A stretch of 64,000 nt of DNA from an uncultured Alphaproteobacteria bacterium (GCA_963841995.1 CAWJEX010000004.1:3087-67086), one strand, 5' to 3'; positions 27,572 to 38,732 are shown, numbered from the stretch's first letter. Notes: generated from the letters alone by a model not told the origin. Translations and numbers: made by a program.

Positions 27572-28459
27572 ATGCACGGGGAAGACTCGAGCCCGCTGCT
27601 GGCGGTCATCGGGGGCAGCGGGGTCTACGACATTCCTGGGCTCGCCAACACCCATTGGGAGCGAATCGCCAGCCCGTTCGGCGAAACCTCCGACGAGCTT
27701 TTCTTTGGCGAACTCAACGATCAGTGTATCGTCTTTCTGCCGCGCCATGGCCGGGGCCATAAAATCCCGCCAAGCGACCTCAATTTCCGCGCCAATATCG
27801 ACGCCCTGAAGCGGGTCGGCGTCACCGAGATCCTGTCGGTGAGCGCCGTGGGCAGTCTCAGAGCCGAACTGTCGCCCGGCACTTTCGTTATCGTCGATCA
27901 ATTCATCGACCGCACTTTCGCGCGGAAGAAAAGCTTTTTCGGCCCCGGTCTGGTCGCCCATGTGTCGGTGGCCGATCCGGTGTGCCGGCGCATCGGCGAT
28001 CATATTCAAGAAGCAGCGCGAAGCACCGGCGTCGATCACATACGCGGCGGCACTTATCTGGCGATGGAAGGCCCACAATTCTCGACCCGCGCCGAATCGG
28101 AGCTTTACCGTGCCTGGGGCTGTGACGTCATCGGCATGACCAACATGCCTGAGGCCAAACTCGCCCGCGAGGCGGAGATGTGCTACGCCACGGTGGCGAT
28201 GGTGACCGATTACGATTGCTGGCATCCCCATCATGACGACGTTTCGGTTGAGTCGGTAATCAAGGTCCTGCTGGAAAACGCCACCAAAGCGAAAAATCTG
28301 GTGGCGGCTCTTGCCCCGAGGTTGCGCGGCCGAAAGAGCCCTTGCGAAGCCGGTTGCCACCGGGCCTTGGACAACGCCATCATCACGGGGCCCCAGGCCC
28401 GCGATCCGGAAATGGTCCGCAAATTGGACGCCGTCGCCGGCCGGGTGTTGCGGGCGTAA
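27572..28459 (+). CDS. mtnP: S-methyl-5'-thioadenosine phosphorylase
   Basis: LAVIGGSGVYD...FLPRHGRGH...EILSVSAVGSL is the MTAP/PNP signature. Confidence 0.88.
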   Translation: MHGEDSSPLLAVIGGSGVYDIPGLANTHWERIASPFGETSDELFFGELNDQCIVFLPRHGRGHKIPPSDLNFRANIDALKRVGVTEILSVSAVGSLRAELSPGTFVIVDQFIDRTFARKKSFFGPGLVAHVSVADPVCRRIGDHIQEAARSTGVDHIRGGTYLAMEGPQFSTRAESELYRAWGCDVIGMTNMPEAKLAREAEMCYATVAMVTDYDCWHPHHDDVSVESVIKVLLENATKAKNLVAALAPRLRGRKSPCEAGCHRALDNAIITGPQARDPEMVRKLDAVAGRVLRA

Positions 28460-28514
28460 CCGGTACGTTTGAACCAAAGATTGGGGCCGCGGAATCGGCG
28501 CCGCGGATTGACGC

Positions 28515-29627
28515 ATGAAGGTTCAAGGCAAAGCGACGCGCACCATCTGGGTTGCGGCGGATCAAAAAAGCGTCGAGATCATCGATCAGACGCAGCTTCC
28601 CCATTTCTTTGTGATCAAGACTTTGCGCAGCGCCAAGGATGCGGCGGATGCGATTTCGCGGATGTTGGTCCGTGGCGCGCCGCTCATCGGGGCCACGGCG
28701 GCCTATGGACTCTGGCTGGCGACGGGCGCGGACGCTTCGAATGCCGCGCTCGACTTCGCGTGCACAATGCTGATGGCGACGCGGCCGACGGCGGTCAATC
28801 TGCGCTGGGCGATCGACAGCATGCGGATAGCATTGGCGCCGCTGGCGCCAGCAGCGCGCGAAGCGGCGGCGCGAAAGCGGGCCGATGAAATCGCCGATGA
28901 GGATGTCGCGATCAACCGCGCCATCGGCGAGCACGGCTTGTCCCTGATCCGGGATGTTGCGGTGTCCAGGCGCGGCCCGGTCAATGTGCTTACCCATTGC
29001 AATGCCGGCTGGCTGGCGACCGTCGATTGGGGAACCGCGATAGCGCCCATTTACGCGGCCCATGATTCAGGGATCGCGGTTCACATCTGGGTCGATGAAA
29101 CCCGGCCGCGCAATCAGGGCGCCTCGCTTACCGCCTGGGAGCTCAATCAGCACGGCGTGCCGCATACCGTGATCGTCGACAATGCCGGCGGCCATTTGAT
29201 GCAGCGCGGGCTCGTCGACATGGCGATCGTCGGCACCGACCGCACCACCGCGGAGGGCGATGTCGCCAACAAGATCGGCACTTATCTAAAGGCCCTGGCG
29301 GCGAAGGATTGCGGCGTGCCGTTCTATGTGGCGCTGCCGGGCCCGACCATCGATTGGACGCTGTCGGACGGATTGCGCGACATTCCCATCGAAGAACGAA
29401 GCGGCACCGAGGTTTCGCATATTGCCGGTCTCACCGAGGAGAGAAAAATCGCTAGCGTGCGGTTGATCCCGGAAGGCAGCAAAACCTTCAATCCCGGGTT
29501 CGACGTGACTCCGGCCCGCCTTGTCACCGCGCTCGTCACCGAACGCGGAATTGCGCCAGCCAGCCGGGAAGGTCTGTTCCGGCTCTATCCGGAATTTGCC
29601 CGCGGCCGCACCGTCTCCCGGGGTTAG
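28515..29627 (+). CDS. mtnA: S-methyl-5-thioribose-1-phosphate isomerase
   Basis: eIF-2B alpha/beta/delta-like MtnA family (GAPLIGATAAYGL, VGTDRTTAEGDVANKIGT). Confidence 0.9.
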   Translation: MKVQGKATRTIWVAADQKSVEIIDQTQLPHFFVIKTLRSAKDAADAISRMLVRGAPLIGATAAYGLWLATGADASNAALDFACTMLMATRPTAVNLRWAIDSMRIALAPLAPAAREAAARKRADEIADEDVAINRAIGEHGLSLIRDVAVSRRGPVNVLTHCNAGWLATVDWGTAIAPIYAAHDSGIAVHIWVDETRPRNQGASLTAWELNQHGVPHTVIVDNAGGHLMQRGLVDMAIVGTDRTTAEGDVANKIGTYLKALAAKDCGVPFYVALPGPTIDWTLSDGLRDIPIEERSGTEVSHIAGLTEERKIASVRLIPEGSKTFNPGFDVTPARLVTALVTERGIAPASREGLFRLYPEFARGRTVSRG

Positions 29628-29636
29628 GAGCTCCAT

Positions 29637-30318
29637 CGTGACGACCGCAAAATTGCGCCGCGACATCGTCGCCACGTTGCGCTGGCTCGAAAAACGGCGG
29701 CTTTACAGCGGCAGCTCCGGCAATGTTTCGGTCCGCGGCGGTTCGGGTTTCCTGATCACGCCGACCGGCATTCCCTGCGACGACACCAAGGCTTCCGATA
29801 TCGTGGACATGTCTCTTGGCGGCGCGCCGCGCGGCAAGTTGTTGCCGTCCAGCGAGTGGCGGATCCATCGCGATATTTATCGCCGCCGGAAAGAGATCAG
29901 CGCCATCGTCCACACGCACTCGCCGTTCGCGACGGCGCTATCATGCCTCCGCCGCGATATCCCGCCCTTCCACTACATGGTGGCCAAGGCCGGCGGCGAA
30001 ACAATTCGATGCGGGCGATATGCCACTTTTGGAACCGAAGCGCTGTCGCGGAACGCCCTCAAGGCCCTCAACGGGCGGCGGGCCTGCCTGCTCGCCAATC
30101 ACGGGATGATCGCGGCGGGAACGGATTTGGCGGCGGCGCGGCGCTTGGCCGAAGAAGTGGAGGCGATTTGCGAGCAGTTTTGGCGGGCGCTTCAGATGGG
30201 CAAGCCGGTGCTGCTGTCGAAGGCGGAGATGGCCCGGGTGATCGAGAAGTTCAAAACCTATGGGGTTCAACCCACCCGGCAATCGGCCCGGAAAACCGGT
30301 AAATCCAAACGCCGCTGA
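29637..30318 (+). CDS. mtnB: class II aldolase/adducin-family protein, probably methylthioribulose-1-phosphate dehydratase (GTG start)
   Basis: SGNVSVRGGSGFLITPTG...HTHSPFATA is an aldolase_II signature. Its position right after mtnP-mtnA supports MtnB. Confidence 0.7.
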
Positions 30319-30488
30319 TCCGTGGTATTGCCCGTATTTTGCCCGTATTTTGCGCGGCAAATCGGCTCAACTGATTAAGCTCCTCTAAACGATTTGCACC
30401 TACCTTTCCGATTAGGCTGCGCTCGCAGCGTCCCTTGCCTATCGGTGCGGGCGGCGGCGAATAAACTAGAAAAGCCGGGGATTTCACC

Positions 30489-31539
30489 GTGATTCTGACG
30501 GATAAGGTCGTCAACGTGCACGAGACCGCCGAAGCCGCGTTTTCGTTGATTAACGCGAAAGGCTTTGCGCCGACGCCGAAATGCTACGCGCTCTGGTATG
30601 CATTTTTCTCCGGCGCCGATCCCGAGCTCGAAGCGATTCTCGATAGAGTGGTGAAGGGAATCGACGACCTCAGCGATCGCAGGGTCCACGACCTTTACGC
30701 TCAATTCTTCGAAACCGACATGGAAGCCGAAGCAATCCGCCAAACCGGCGCCATGATCGAGGCTTCGGTGACCAAGGTCATCGAGAAATTAAACGACGTC
30801 AATGCCGAAATCGGCGCGCTATGGCGAACGCTTGGAAAATTATTCGGGCCGGTTGTCGCGCGGACCGAAGCCGGGCGAGATTCAGACAATCATCGAAACG
30901 GTTCTCGGCGAGACCAAGAAGATGCGCGAGCGCAGCGAACAGATCGCCGGCGACATCAAGGAATCGTCGCTGGAAATCGTCGAACTTCGCCGGAACTTGG
31001 AAAACGTCCGGCGCGAGGCGCACACCGATGCCCTGACCGGAATCGCCAATCGCCGCTCCTTCGACGAGCGCCTCAGGCTCTCCCTGCGCGAAGCCAAGGA
31101 GACGAGCGATACCGTCAGCCTGCTGATGATCGACATCGACTTCTTCAAGAAATTCAACGACAGCTACGGCCATCAGCTCGGCGACAGGGTTCTGCAGCTG
31201 GTCGCCCGCATCCTCAAGACCTCGATCAAGGGCCGTGACATGGTCGCCCGCTATGGCGGCGAGGAGTTCGCAGTCATTCTCCCCGCCACGCGTTTGGCGG
31301 GAGCCGCCACTCTCGGCGATCAGATCCGCGAAGCGGTCGCCACGCGCCATATCATCCAAAAGCGCACCGGAGAAGATTTGGGGACGATCAGCCTATCGCT
31401 CGGCGTCGCCAATCTGCGGAGCGGCGATTCGGCGGAAAGCCTGATCAAGCGGGCCGACGAAGCGCTCTATGCGGCAAAACGCAACGGCCGCAACCGGGTC
31501 GTTACCGAAGAACAAGTCGGCCGCCCGATGGCGGTCTAG
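30489..31539 (+). CDS. GGDEF-domain diguanylate cyclase, frameshifted near 30800-30850
   Basis: C-terminal GGDEF domain with RYGGEEF and DxLTGIANRR. The N-terminal about 110 aa of unknown domain is in the adjacent frame (ORF 30489..31238). Confidence 0.8.
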
Positions 31540-31573
31540 TTACCCACTCGAATGCCGGCCCGCGCCCAGCGAT

Positions 31574-32251
31574 TCAACCGATATATTTCCGGAAATGCTC
31601 GACGGTTCGCTGAAAAGCGAGCGACGATGCTGGCGCATCGAAATCGCCGCGCTGATCGCAATTGAAGCCGTGGCCGGCGGCATAGGTAAAAACCGGAACC
31701 GCGGGATGCGCCTTGCGAATCATCGCCACGGCCTCGCTTGGGATAAGCGAATCTTTTTCGCCAAAGTGAAGGATGATCGGGCAGCGGGGTTTCTCGGCCA
31801 CGAAATCCTTGATCTGCGCACCGTAGTATCCAACCACGCAGTCCGGATTTAGCCGTGCGGCGGAAACCCAGGCCAGCGATCCGCCCCAGCAATAGCCGAC
31901 GACGCCGACGCGGCCCAAGGGGCGGAGCGCCTCGATCGCGGCCGCGATATCAACCATCGGCAAATCGAATCCGAGTTTTCCCCGGATGGCGCGGCCCTTG
32001 ACGGTGTCCTCCTCGTTGTAGCCGAATTCGATATTCTTCTCGATCCGGTCAAATAAGGCGGGTGCTATCGCGGCATAGCCTTCGTCCGCGAATTTGTCGG
32101 CGACGGCGCGGATGTGGTCGTTGACGCCGAAAATTTCCTGCAGAACGACGACCCCACCGCGCGGCTTACCGGACGGCTCAGCACGGTAAGCGTCGAATTC
32201 ATGGCCGTCGGATGCTTTGAAATGCTTGAACCCGCTCATGGCGACCGCCAT
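31574..32251 (-). CDS. dienelactone hydrolase family protein
   Basis: DLH-fold signature around the nucleophile (GYCWGG) plus a conserved His region. Confidence 0.8.
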   Translation of the reverse strand: MAVAMSGFKHFKASDGHEFDAYRAEPSGKPRGGVVVLQEIFGVNDHIRAVADKFADEGYAAIAPALFDRIEKNIEFGYNEEDTVKGRAIRGKLGFDLPMVDIAAAIEALRPLGRVGVVGYCWGGSLAWVSAARLNPDCVVGYYGAQIKDFVAEKPRCPIILHFGEKDSLIPSEAVAMIRKAHPAVPVFTYAAGHGFNCDQRGDFDAPASSLAFQRTVEHFRKYIG

Positions 32252-32253
32252 GG

Positions 32254-33354
32254 CTACACGTTGAATCGGAAATGGACGACGTCGCCGTCGGCCATCACGT
32301 ATTCCTTGCCTTCGAGCCGCATTTTGCCGGCGTCTTTGGCGCCCTGCTCGCCGCCCGCAGCGACGTAGTCGTTATAGGCGATCACTTCGGCGCAGATGAA
32401 ACCGCGCTCGAAATCCGTATGGATGACGCCCGCCGCCTGGGGTGCCGTGGCCCCGCGCACGACGTTCCAGGCGCGGGCTTCTTTGGGGCCGATGGTAAAG
32501 AAAGTGAGGAGATCGAGCAGATGCGAGCCGGCGCGGATGACCCGCGCCAATCCGGTTTCATCGAGGCCGAGCGAGGCCAAAAATTCCCGCCGCTCCGTCT
32601 CATCGGAAAGCTGTGACACCTCGGCTTCGATGGCAGCGGAAATGACCACGCATTCGGCGCCGGTTTCCGCCGCGCGCTTGGCGACCGCCGCCGAATGGAC
32701 ATTGCCGGTCGCGGCCGATTTTTCATCGACATTGCAAACGTAAAGAACTGGCTTGGCGGTGATGAGTTGAAGCTGGCGGAACAGGGGCAAATCGTCCGGC
32801 GAAACCTTGACGGTTCTGGCTGGTTTGCCTGCACGAAGAGCCGCCAGCGCCGGTTCGGCAACGGCCAATAAAGCCTTCGGTTCCTTGTCGCCGCCTTTGG
32901 CTTTTTTGGCGAAGCCATCGGTGCGGCGCTCGAGGAATTCGAGATCGGCGAGCATCAATTCGGTTTCGACGGTATCGGCATCGCGCAGCGGATCGACCGA
33001 GCCTTCGACATGGACGATGCCGCCGTCCTCGAAACAGCGGAGCACATGGACGATGGCGTCGACTTCGCGGATATGGGCGAGAAATTTATTGCCCAAGCCT
33101 TCGCCCTTGCTCGCACCCCGCACCAAACCGGCGATATCGACGAATTCGAGCTGGGTCGCGATGATCTTTGCGGATTTGGCGAGGTTGGCCAGAACATCGA
33201 GCCGTGGATCGGGCACCGCGACGCGGCCGACATTGGGCTCGATGGTGCAGAATGGATAGTTCTGCGCCTCCGCCGCCTGGGTGGCGGTCAAGGCATTGAA
33301 CAAGGTCGACTTGCCGACATTGGGCAGGCCGACGATCCCGCAGTTAAACCCCAT
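32254..33354 (-). CDS. ychF: redox-regulated ribosome-binding ATPase YchF
   Basis: GIVGLPNVGKSTLFNALT, a TGS domain, and the C-terminal DFERGFICAEV. Confidence 0.95.
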   Translation of the reverse strand: MGFNCGIVGLPNVGKSTLFNALTATQAAEAQNYPFCTIEPNVGRVAVPDPRLDVLANLAKSAKIIATQLEFVDIAGLVRGASKGEGLGNKFLAHIREVDAIVHVLRCFEDGGIVHVEGSVDPLRDADTVETELMLADLEFLERRTDGFAKKAKGGDKEPKALLAVAEPALAALRAGKPARTVKVSPDDLPLFRQLQLITAKPVLYVCNVDEKSAATGNVHSAAVAKRAAETGAECVVISAAIEAEVSQLSDETERREFLASLGLDETGLARVIRAGSHLLDLLTFFTIGPKEARAWNVVRGATAPQAAGVIHTDFERGFICAEVIAYNDYVAAGGEQGAKDAGKMRLEGKEYVMADGDVVHFRFNV

Positions 33355-33945
33355 CGTCGGTATCGGCGGGTTTCGGCGGCGGGGCGAGGCTGGCTACCTT
33401 GGTCATGAAGCCATTGGCGTCACCGGCGAGCAGCAAGGGCAACGCCTCGGCGACGGCAGGAAGGGTCGCCGACGGCCAGGTTTCGTCGTCGCGGGAAAAA
33501 TTCTGCAGCACGTAGTTGACCACATCGCCGCCCACTTCTGGCCGGCCGACGCCGATCCGGATCCGCCAATAATCGGCGCCGACATAGTCGTCGATGCTGC
33601 GCAACCCGTTATGGCCGGCGCTGCTGCCGCCGATTTTGGCGCGGATCTTGCCCGGACGAAGATCGATTTCGTCATGGATGACGAAAATCTCGGAGGGCGG
33701 AACCTTATAGAAATTCGCCGCCTCGGCGACGGATTGGCCGGAATCGTTCATATAGATTTGCGGTTTCAGGATGGAAAGCTTGACGGTTCCGACCGAGCCT
33801 TCGCAATAAAGGCCCTGAAATTTCTTTTTGAAGGGCGGGAAAGAATAGGCGGCCGCGATCTTATCCGCGGCCATGAAGCCGACATTGTGGCGGTTGCGCG
33901 CGTAATTCCGCCCGGGATTGCCGAGCCCGACCAGAAGCGGCATCG
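33344..33945 (-). CDS. pth: peptidyl-tRNA hydrolase
   Basis: MPLLVGLGNPG...RHNVGF...HNGLRS. I set the start at the internal Met, because the upstream extension of the track ORF overlaps the rplY tail. Confidence 0.9.
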
Positions 33946-33965
33946 CGCAACTCCCGCATTCCGGA

Positions 33966-34688
33966 TTATTTCTTCTCTTTCTTTTCCTTCTTTTCTTTTC
34001 CGGCAGGCTCTTCGGCCTTGGCTTCGGCGCCTTCCGCCTGTGCGCCTTCGGCGGCAACGGCTCCGGCTTCGCCTTCCGCGGCAACCGCGGCGGCCGCCGG
34101 CTTTTCTTCTTCGACCGAGGTGACGGTCGGCGCCGCGATACTGGCGATGGTGAAATCGCGCCCCGTGATGGTGGGCCGGACACCCGCCGGCATCGTGACC
34201 TTGCTGATGTGAATCGAATCGCCGATATCGAGGCCGGTTAGATCGAGAGTGAAGGCCTCGGGGATTGCCGAGACCGTGCACACCACTTCGATTTCGTGGC
34301 GGACGATGTTGAGCACGCCGCCGCGCTTGATGCCTGGCGAGGCGCCTTCGTTTTCGAAATGCACCGGCACTTGAATCCGGATCCGGCTGTCCGGCTGAAC
34401 CCGCATGAAATCCACATGCACCGGCGCTTCGGTGACGGGATGAAACTGCACCTCGCGGGGCAGCACCTGAATTTTTTTGCCGTCGAGCTTCAGATGCAGC
34501 GGCTTCGAGAAGAAGTTCGGCTGGTGAATCGCCAGGCGGATCTCGCGATCGTTGACGCTGATGAGCAGCGGTTGTTCGGTGCCGCCGTACAGGATTCCGG
34601 GCACGAGCCCCGTTCGCCTTGCGGCGCGGGCGGGGCCTCTCCCGGCACACTCGCGGGCCCGGATCTCCAAAACTCCTGCTTCAGCCAT
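33966..34688 (-). CDS. rplY: 50S ribosomal protein L25 / general stress protein Ctc, with a Lys/Glu/Ala-rich C-terminal tail
   Basis: Ribosomal_L25p/TL5 N- and C-terminal domains, located between prs and pth. Confidence 0.9.
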   Translation of the reverse strand: MAEAGVLEIRARECAGRGPARAARRTGLVPGILYGGTEQPLLISVNDREIRLAIHQPNFFSKPLHLKLDGKKIQVLPREVQFHPVTEAPVHVDFMRVQPDSRIRIQVPVHFENEGASPGIKRGGVLNIVRHEIEVVCTVSAIPEAFTLDLTGLDIGDSIHISKVTMPAGVRPTITGRDFTIASIAAPTVTSVEEEKPAAAAVAAEGEAGAVAAEGAQAEGAEAKAEEPAGKEKKEKKEKK

Positions 34689-34758
34689 CGTAACTCTCCT
34701 TAAAATCAGCCGAGGGCTCGAAAGCCGCGCAGCTCAAAATCTTAAATCTCAAAAATCC

Positions 34759-35691
34759 CTAATCGAACAAACTCGAAACTGATCGTTCCTCATTGATCCG
34801 CCGGATCGCCTCGCCCAATAACGGGGCAATCGGCACGATTCGGATATTCGGCGCGTTCCGTTCCGCCTCGGTCGGCTGGATACTGTCGGTGATCACCAGC
34901 TTCTTAAGCGGCGAATTGACGACCCGCGCGACCGCGCCGCCCGAAAGAACCCCGTGTGTCACATAGGCGGACGCGCTTTCGGCCCCGGCGTCCACCAGGG
35001 CCTCGGCGGCGTTGCAAAGCGTCCCGGCCGAATCGACGATATCGTCGAAGAGGATGCAGGTCCGCCCTTTGACGTCGCCGATGAGGTTCATGACTTCGGA
35101 GACGCCCGCGCGTTCGCGCCGCTTATCGATGATCGCAAGGTCGGCGTCAAGCCGCTTGGCGATGGCCCGGGCCCGTACCACGCCCCCCACATCGGGGGAA
35201 ACGATGACCAAATCGCTACCGTTATAGTTCTCCTGGATATCCTTAAAAAACACCGGGGCGGCGAACAGATTGTCGGTCGGGATGTCGAAAAACCCTTGGA
35301 TTTGACCGGCATGGAGGTCGACGGTTAACACCCGGTTGGCCCCGGCGGCGGTGATCAGATTGGCCACCAGCTTGGCCGAAATGGGAGTCCGGGGGCCGGA
35401 TTTCCGGTCCTGCCGGGCGTAGCCATAATAGGGGATGACGGCGGTCGCGCGCTGGGCCGATCCACGCTTCAAAGCGTCCAGAGTCACCAGCAATTCCATG
35501 AGATTGTCGTTGGCCGGGAAAGACGTCGACTGAATGACGAAAACGTCTTCGCCCCGGACGTTTTCGAGAATTTCGACGAACACTTCCATGTCGGAGAATC
35601 GCCGCACCGCGGCGTTGGTCTCCGGCAAACCGAGATAGCTGCAAATGGCCTCCACCAGAGGCCGATTGCTGTTGCAGGCGATGATTTTCAT
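34759..35691 (-). CDS. prs: ribose-phosphate pyrophosphokinase
   Basis: Full-length PRPP synthetase match ([11 protein letters not shown], the PRPP-binding loop [14 protein letters not shown]). Confidence 0.95.
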   Translation of the reverse strand: MKIIACNSNRPLVEAICSYLGLPETNAAVRRFSDMEVFVEILENVRGEDVFVIQSTSFPANDNLMELLVTLDALKRGSAQRATAVIPYYGYARQDRKSGPRTPISAKLVANLITAAGANRVLTVDLHAGQIQGFFDIPTDNLFAAPVFFKDIQENYNGSDLVIVSPDVGGVVRARAIAKRLDADLAIIDKRRERAGVSEVMNLIGDVKGRTCILFDDIVDSAGTLCNAAEALVDAGAESASAYVTHGVLSGGAVARVVNSPLKKLVITDSIQPTEAERNAPNIRIVPIAPLLGEAIRRINEERSVSSLFD

Positions 35692-35836
35692 GCCAACCGT
35701 TCCTGATTCCGGCGCACGATTCGATCATAGGTGAGGCCGTGGCCGGGGCGCCCGCAGCTGACCGATCCCCCGTTAACCCCTGCGGCGCGCGCGGAATGTA
35801 TCAGGCGCATGGCAGGGTGTAAACGCCGATGCGCCG

Positions 35837-36727
35837 CTATTGCGCCCCGGAATTGCCGTAGAAATGCTTGGAATTGTATATGGTTAACTGACGCCGCCGG
35901 GATTTGCCGGTCACGAATTCGAGGGTGATTACGGAGAGACAGCGGCCGTAATCCGGCTCGCCCCTGATGACCGACCGGCGGTAGCTGAAAAACCGCTTCT
36001 CCTCGCCGAAGGTGTCGTAGGGGATGCGCCCGGCCTTGGTGATTCCGGCGTCCTGACAGCGGCGCAGCACATAGCCGACAAGGTCGAAAAGAAAGTGCCC
36101 GGGCCGCCGCGCCGGGGCGAAGAGGTCGTCATCGCCCACCCGGTCGGCATGGAACCGTTCATCGTCGAGCTTTCGGTCAAGAAGGAGCGGTCTTCCGAGA
36201 ATAAGGGCGGGAAATTCCGGGCCGACTTCGTAAGATCGTTGGGCGATGGCCGGGCCGATTCCGGCAATGATCGATTCGGGCTTCGCGCCGAGTTCGCGCA
36301 TTTTGCCGACCACGGCGGCGACGATCCCGGCTTTCGCCCCGCGCCATCCGGCGTGGGCGGCGGCGATCACGCCCGCTTCGGGATCGGCAAGCAAGACCGG
36401 CGCGCAATCCGCGGTCAGAATGCCAAGGGCGATGCCCGGACGCTTCGTTACCAATCCGTCGACCTTCGGCGAATCTTCATACCGCCAGGGCTTGTCCACG
36501 ATCGCCACATTCGGGCTGTGAACCTGATAGCCGGTGACGAGGGTTTCGGGTGGCAGGTCGAAATGGGAAAGCGCGATCACCCGGTTTTTTGCGACATCGG
36601 CCGGATCGTCATGGGAGCCGAAGCTGCAATTGAGCGATGCGTAAAGCCCCTTGCTGACGCCGCCTTCGCGGCTGAAGAAGGCATGACGCACACGGGCGGC
36701 GTCGTTCAATGTTCCCAAGCTAATCAC
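35837..36727 (-). CDS. pgeF: YfiH/PgeF-family purine nucleoside phosphorylase / peptidoglycan editing factor (DUF152)
   Basis: QVHS..V, TADCAPVLL, AHAGWRG and the C-terminal FFSYRR. Confidence 0.85.
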   Translation of the reverse strand: MISLGTLNDAARVRHAFFSREGGVSKGLYASLNCSFGSHDDPADVAKNRVIALSHFDLPPETLVTGYQVHSPNVAIVDKPWRYEDSPKVDGLVTKRPGIALGILTADCAPVLLADPEAGVIAAAHAGWRGAKAGIVAAVVGKMRELGAKPESIIAGIGPAIAQRSYEVGPEFPALILGRPLLLDRKLDDERFHADRVGDDDLFAPARRPGHFLFDLVGYVLRRCQDAGITKAGRIPYDTFGEEKRFFSYRRSVIRGEPDYGRCLSVITLEFVTGKSRRRQLTIYNSKHFYGNSGAQ

Positions 36728-36740
36728 GATTAGAGGGCCA

Positions 36741-37874
36741 TCACCCGTCGAGATCGGAATCGAAGCCGGCAGGAATGAGCGACGGATCGGCGACCGCCAG
36801 CACTTTGAACAGGGTGCCCATCTTATCGCCGTTGATCAAGCGGGCGAGGGCGGTCGAAATTTCTTCTGCCCGATCGGGGCGCGCCTGGCTCAATCTTTCG
36901 GCGCGTTGCGCGATGCCAAGCCGGCTCAGGAATTCGCCCTGAGTCGCGGGACCCCGGCATCGAACACCCTTGGCTTCCGCAGCGCGGATCAGCGCCGCGA
37001 AATCCACATGGGCGGTGACGTCGGCCAGCCCCGGATCCGCCAGGGGGTCGTGATAGCGATGGCCGCGCACGGCTTGCAGCGTGTCGCCGATCGCGCTGGT
37101 CCCGTGCCCATAATCGATAACGAGGGCAGCGCCCCGCGATGCGGCAATATCGGCGGCAATCCGTTCCATCAGGGCACACGCTTCGAGGCCGATTTCGAAG
37201 ATCGATCCCGGCGGCGCGTCATGCAATGCCGGCGGGACTTCCACGCCGATCGGCGTCGGCTCGGCCGCGGCGACGAAGAAGAACGCTTGTGCTGCGGAAT
37301 CGAAGCCGACCATCCGTTCCCGCCAGCCGGAACCGGTTTTCACCAGCTGATGAACCGGCAGCGCGTCGAAAAATTCATTGGCGATGACGATGAGAGGTGC
37401 CGCCCCGTCTTGTGCCGCCCCGTCTTGTGCCGACCTGTCCGATGCCGCCGCCGCGGCGAAAGTCGTGTGCCATTCCGCCGCAACCCCTTGCAGTGCGGTT
37501 TTTTGCAACATGCGGAGCGTTGGATTCATCTCGACCAAGCGAAGACGCGCCGCGTTCTGGAATTCGGGACGAATCGCCGCCACGCGCCATAGATCGGCCA
37601 CGAGCGTCCCGCGCCCGGGGCCGAGCTCGACCACGCGCAGAATTTCCGGCGAACCCAATTGCTCGAAAAGATCGACGCACCAGAGGCCGATCAGTTCGCC
37701 GAACATCTGGCTGATATCGGGAGCGGTGACGAAATCGCCTTCCGCGCCGAGCGGCATGCGCCGCGCGTAATAGCCGAATTCCGGATCGGAAAGGGCGGCC
37801 GCCATGTAGGCCGCGACCGAAATCGGCCGCGATTGCGCGATGCGTTGCGCAATCCGGGCCCCAAGCGGCGTCAT
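36741..37874 (-). CDS. class I SAM-dependent methyltransferase, MidA/NDUFAF7 family (DUF185)
   Basis: VELGPGRGTL...ANEFFDALPV. It contains an in-frame 15-bp tandem duplication (AQDGA x2) at about 37405-37440. Confidence 0.75.
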   Translation of the reverse strand: MTPLGARIAQRIAQSRPISVAAYMAAALSDPEFGYYARRMPLGAEGDFVTAPDISQMFGELIGLWCVDLFEQLGSPEILRVVELGPGRGTLVADLWRVAAIRPEFQNAARLRLVEMNPTLRMLQKTALQGVAAEWHTTFAAAAASDRSAQDGAAQDGAAPLIVIANEFFDALPVHQLVKTGSGWRERMVGFDSAAQAFFFVAAAEPTPIGVEVPPALHDAPPGSIFEIGLEACALMERIAADIAASRGAALVIDYGHGTSAIGDTLQAVRGHRYHDPLADPGLADVTAHVDFAALIRAAEAKGVRCRGPATQGEFLSRLGIAQRAERLSQARPDRAEEISTALARLINGDKMGTLFKVLAVADPSLIPAGFDSDLDG

Positions 37875-37884
37875 GACTGCGGCG

Positions 37885-38732
37885 TCATGACTTGAGCCTG
37901 ACCGCGCGCGTGAAGAGCCATATCCCGCCGATCACCAGCGGCACCGAGAGTATCTGTCCCATGGTGACGCCGCCGGCGAGAAATCCAATCTGGGCGTCCG
38001 GCTGGCGGAACAACTCGGCCACCGTCCGCGCGATTCCGTAGCCGGCGAGAAAGGCGCCGGTGATCAAGCCCGGCTTTTCCAGCCCTTTCATCGGGAACGC
38101 CAAGAACCAGAGAATGAGGAACAGCACGACGCCTTCGAGCCCGGCTTCGTACAATTGGCTAGGATGGCGCGGCTCGGGCCCCCCATTGGGAAAGACCATG
38201 GCCCACGGAACGTCGGCGGCGCGGCCGAAGAGTTCGCCGTTGATGAAATTGGCGACGCGGCCGAAGAAAAGCCCGATCGGCGCCGCTGGACAGATCACGT
38301 CGGCGAGGGAGAGAAAAGGAATCCTGTGATGGCGCGCGAACAACGCAATTGCCGTGACCATGCCCATGAACCCGCCGTGGAACGACATGCCGCCGCGCCA
38401 GACCGCGAAAATTTCCAGCGGGTGCTCGAAATAGAAATCCGCGTTGTAGAACAGCACATAGCCGGCCCGGCCGCCGACGATGACGCCGATAATCGCCCAA
38501 AACAGAAAATCGTCGATCTGGGTCCGGGTGAACGGAAAGGGGGACCGCGCCGAAAGCAGCAGGCAATAGCGCCAGCCAATCAACAGTCCCGCCACATAGG
38601 CGAGGGCGTACCAGCGGATCGCGAACCATCCTAATTGCAGGGCAACCGGATTGATCGCCGGAAAGGCGATGGCGGCAATCACCGGCGCCGTCATCGCCCC
38701 CATCATCGCCCCCATCATCGGCCCCATCATCG
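37885..38732 (-). CDS. lgt: prolipoprotein diacylglyceryl transferase
   Basis: AIAFPAINPVALQLGWFAIRWY...GGRAGYVLFY...FGRVANFINGELFGR. The start overlaps the hldD stop (ATGA). The N-terminus reads MMGP-MMGA-MMGA-MT, from a triplicated 12-bp unit. Confidence 0.88.

Noticed and set aside
33344-34183. N-terminal 80-aa Lys/Arg/Pro-rich extension of the pth ORF in the track
   Set aside because: The extension overlaps the genuine Lys/Glu-rich C-terminal tail of rplY in another frame. pth has a canonical start at the internal MPLLVGLGNPG.
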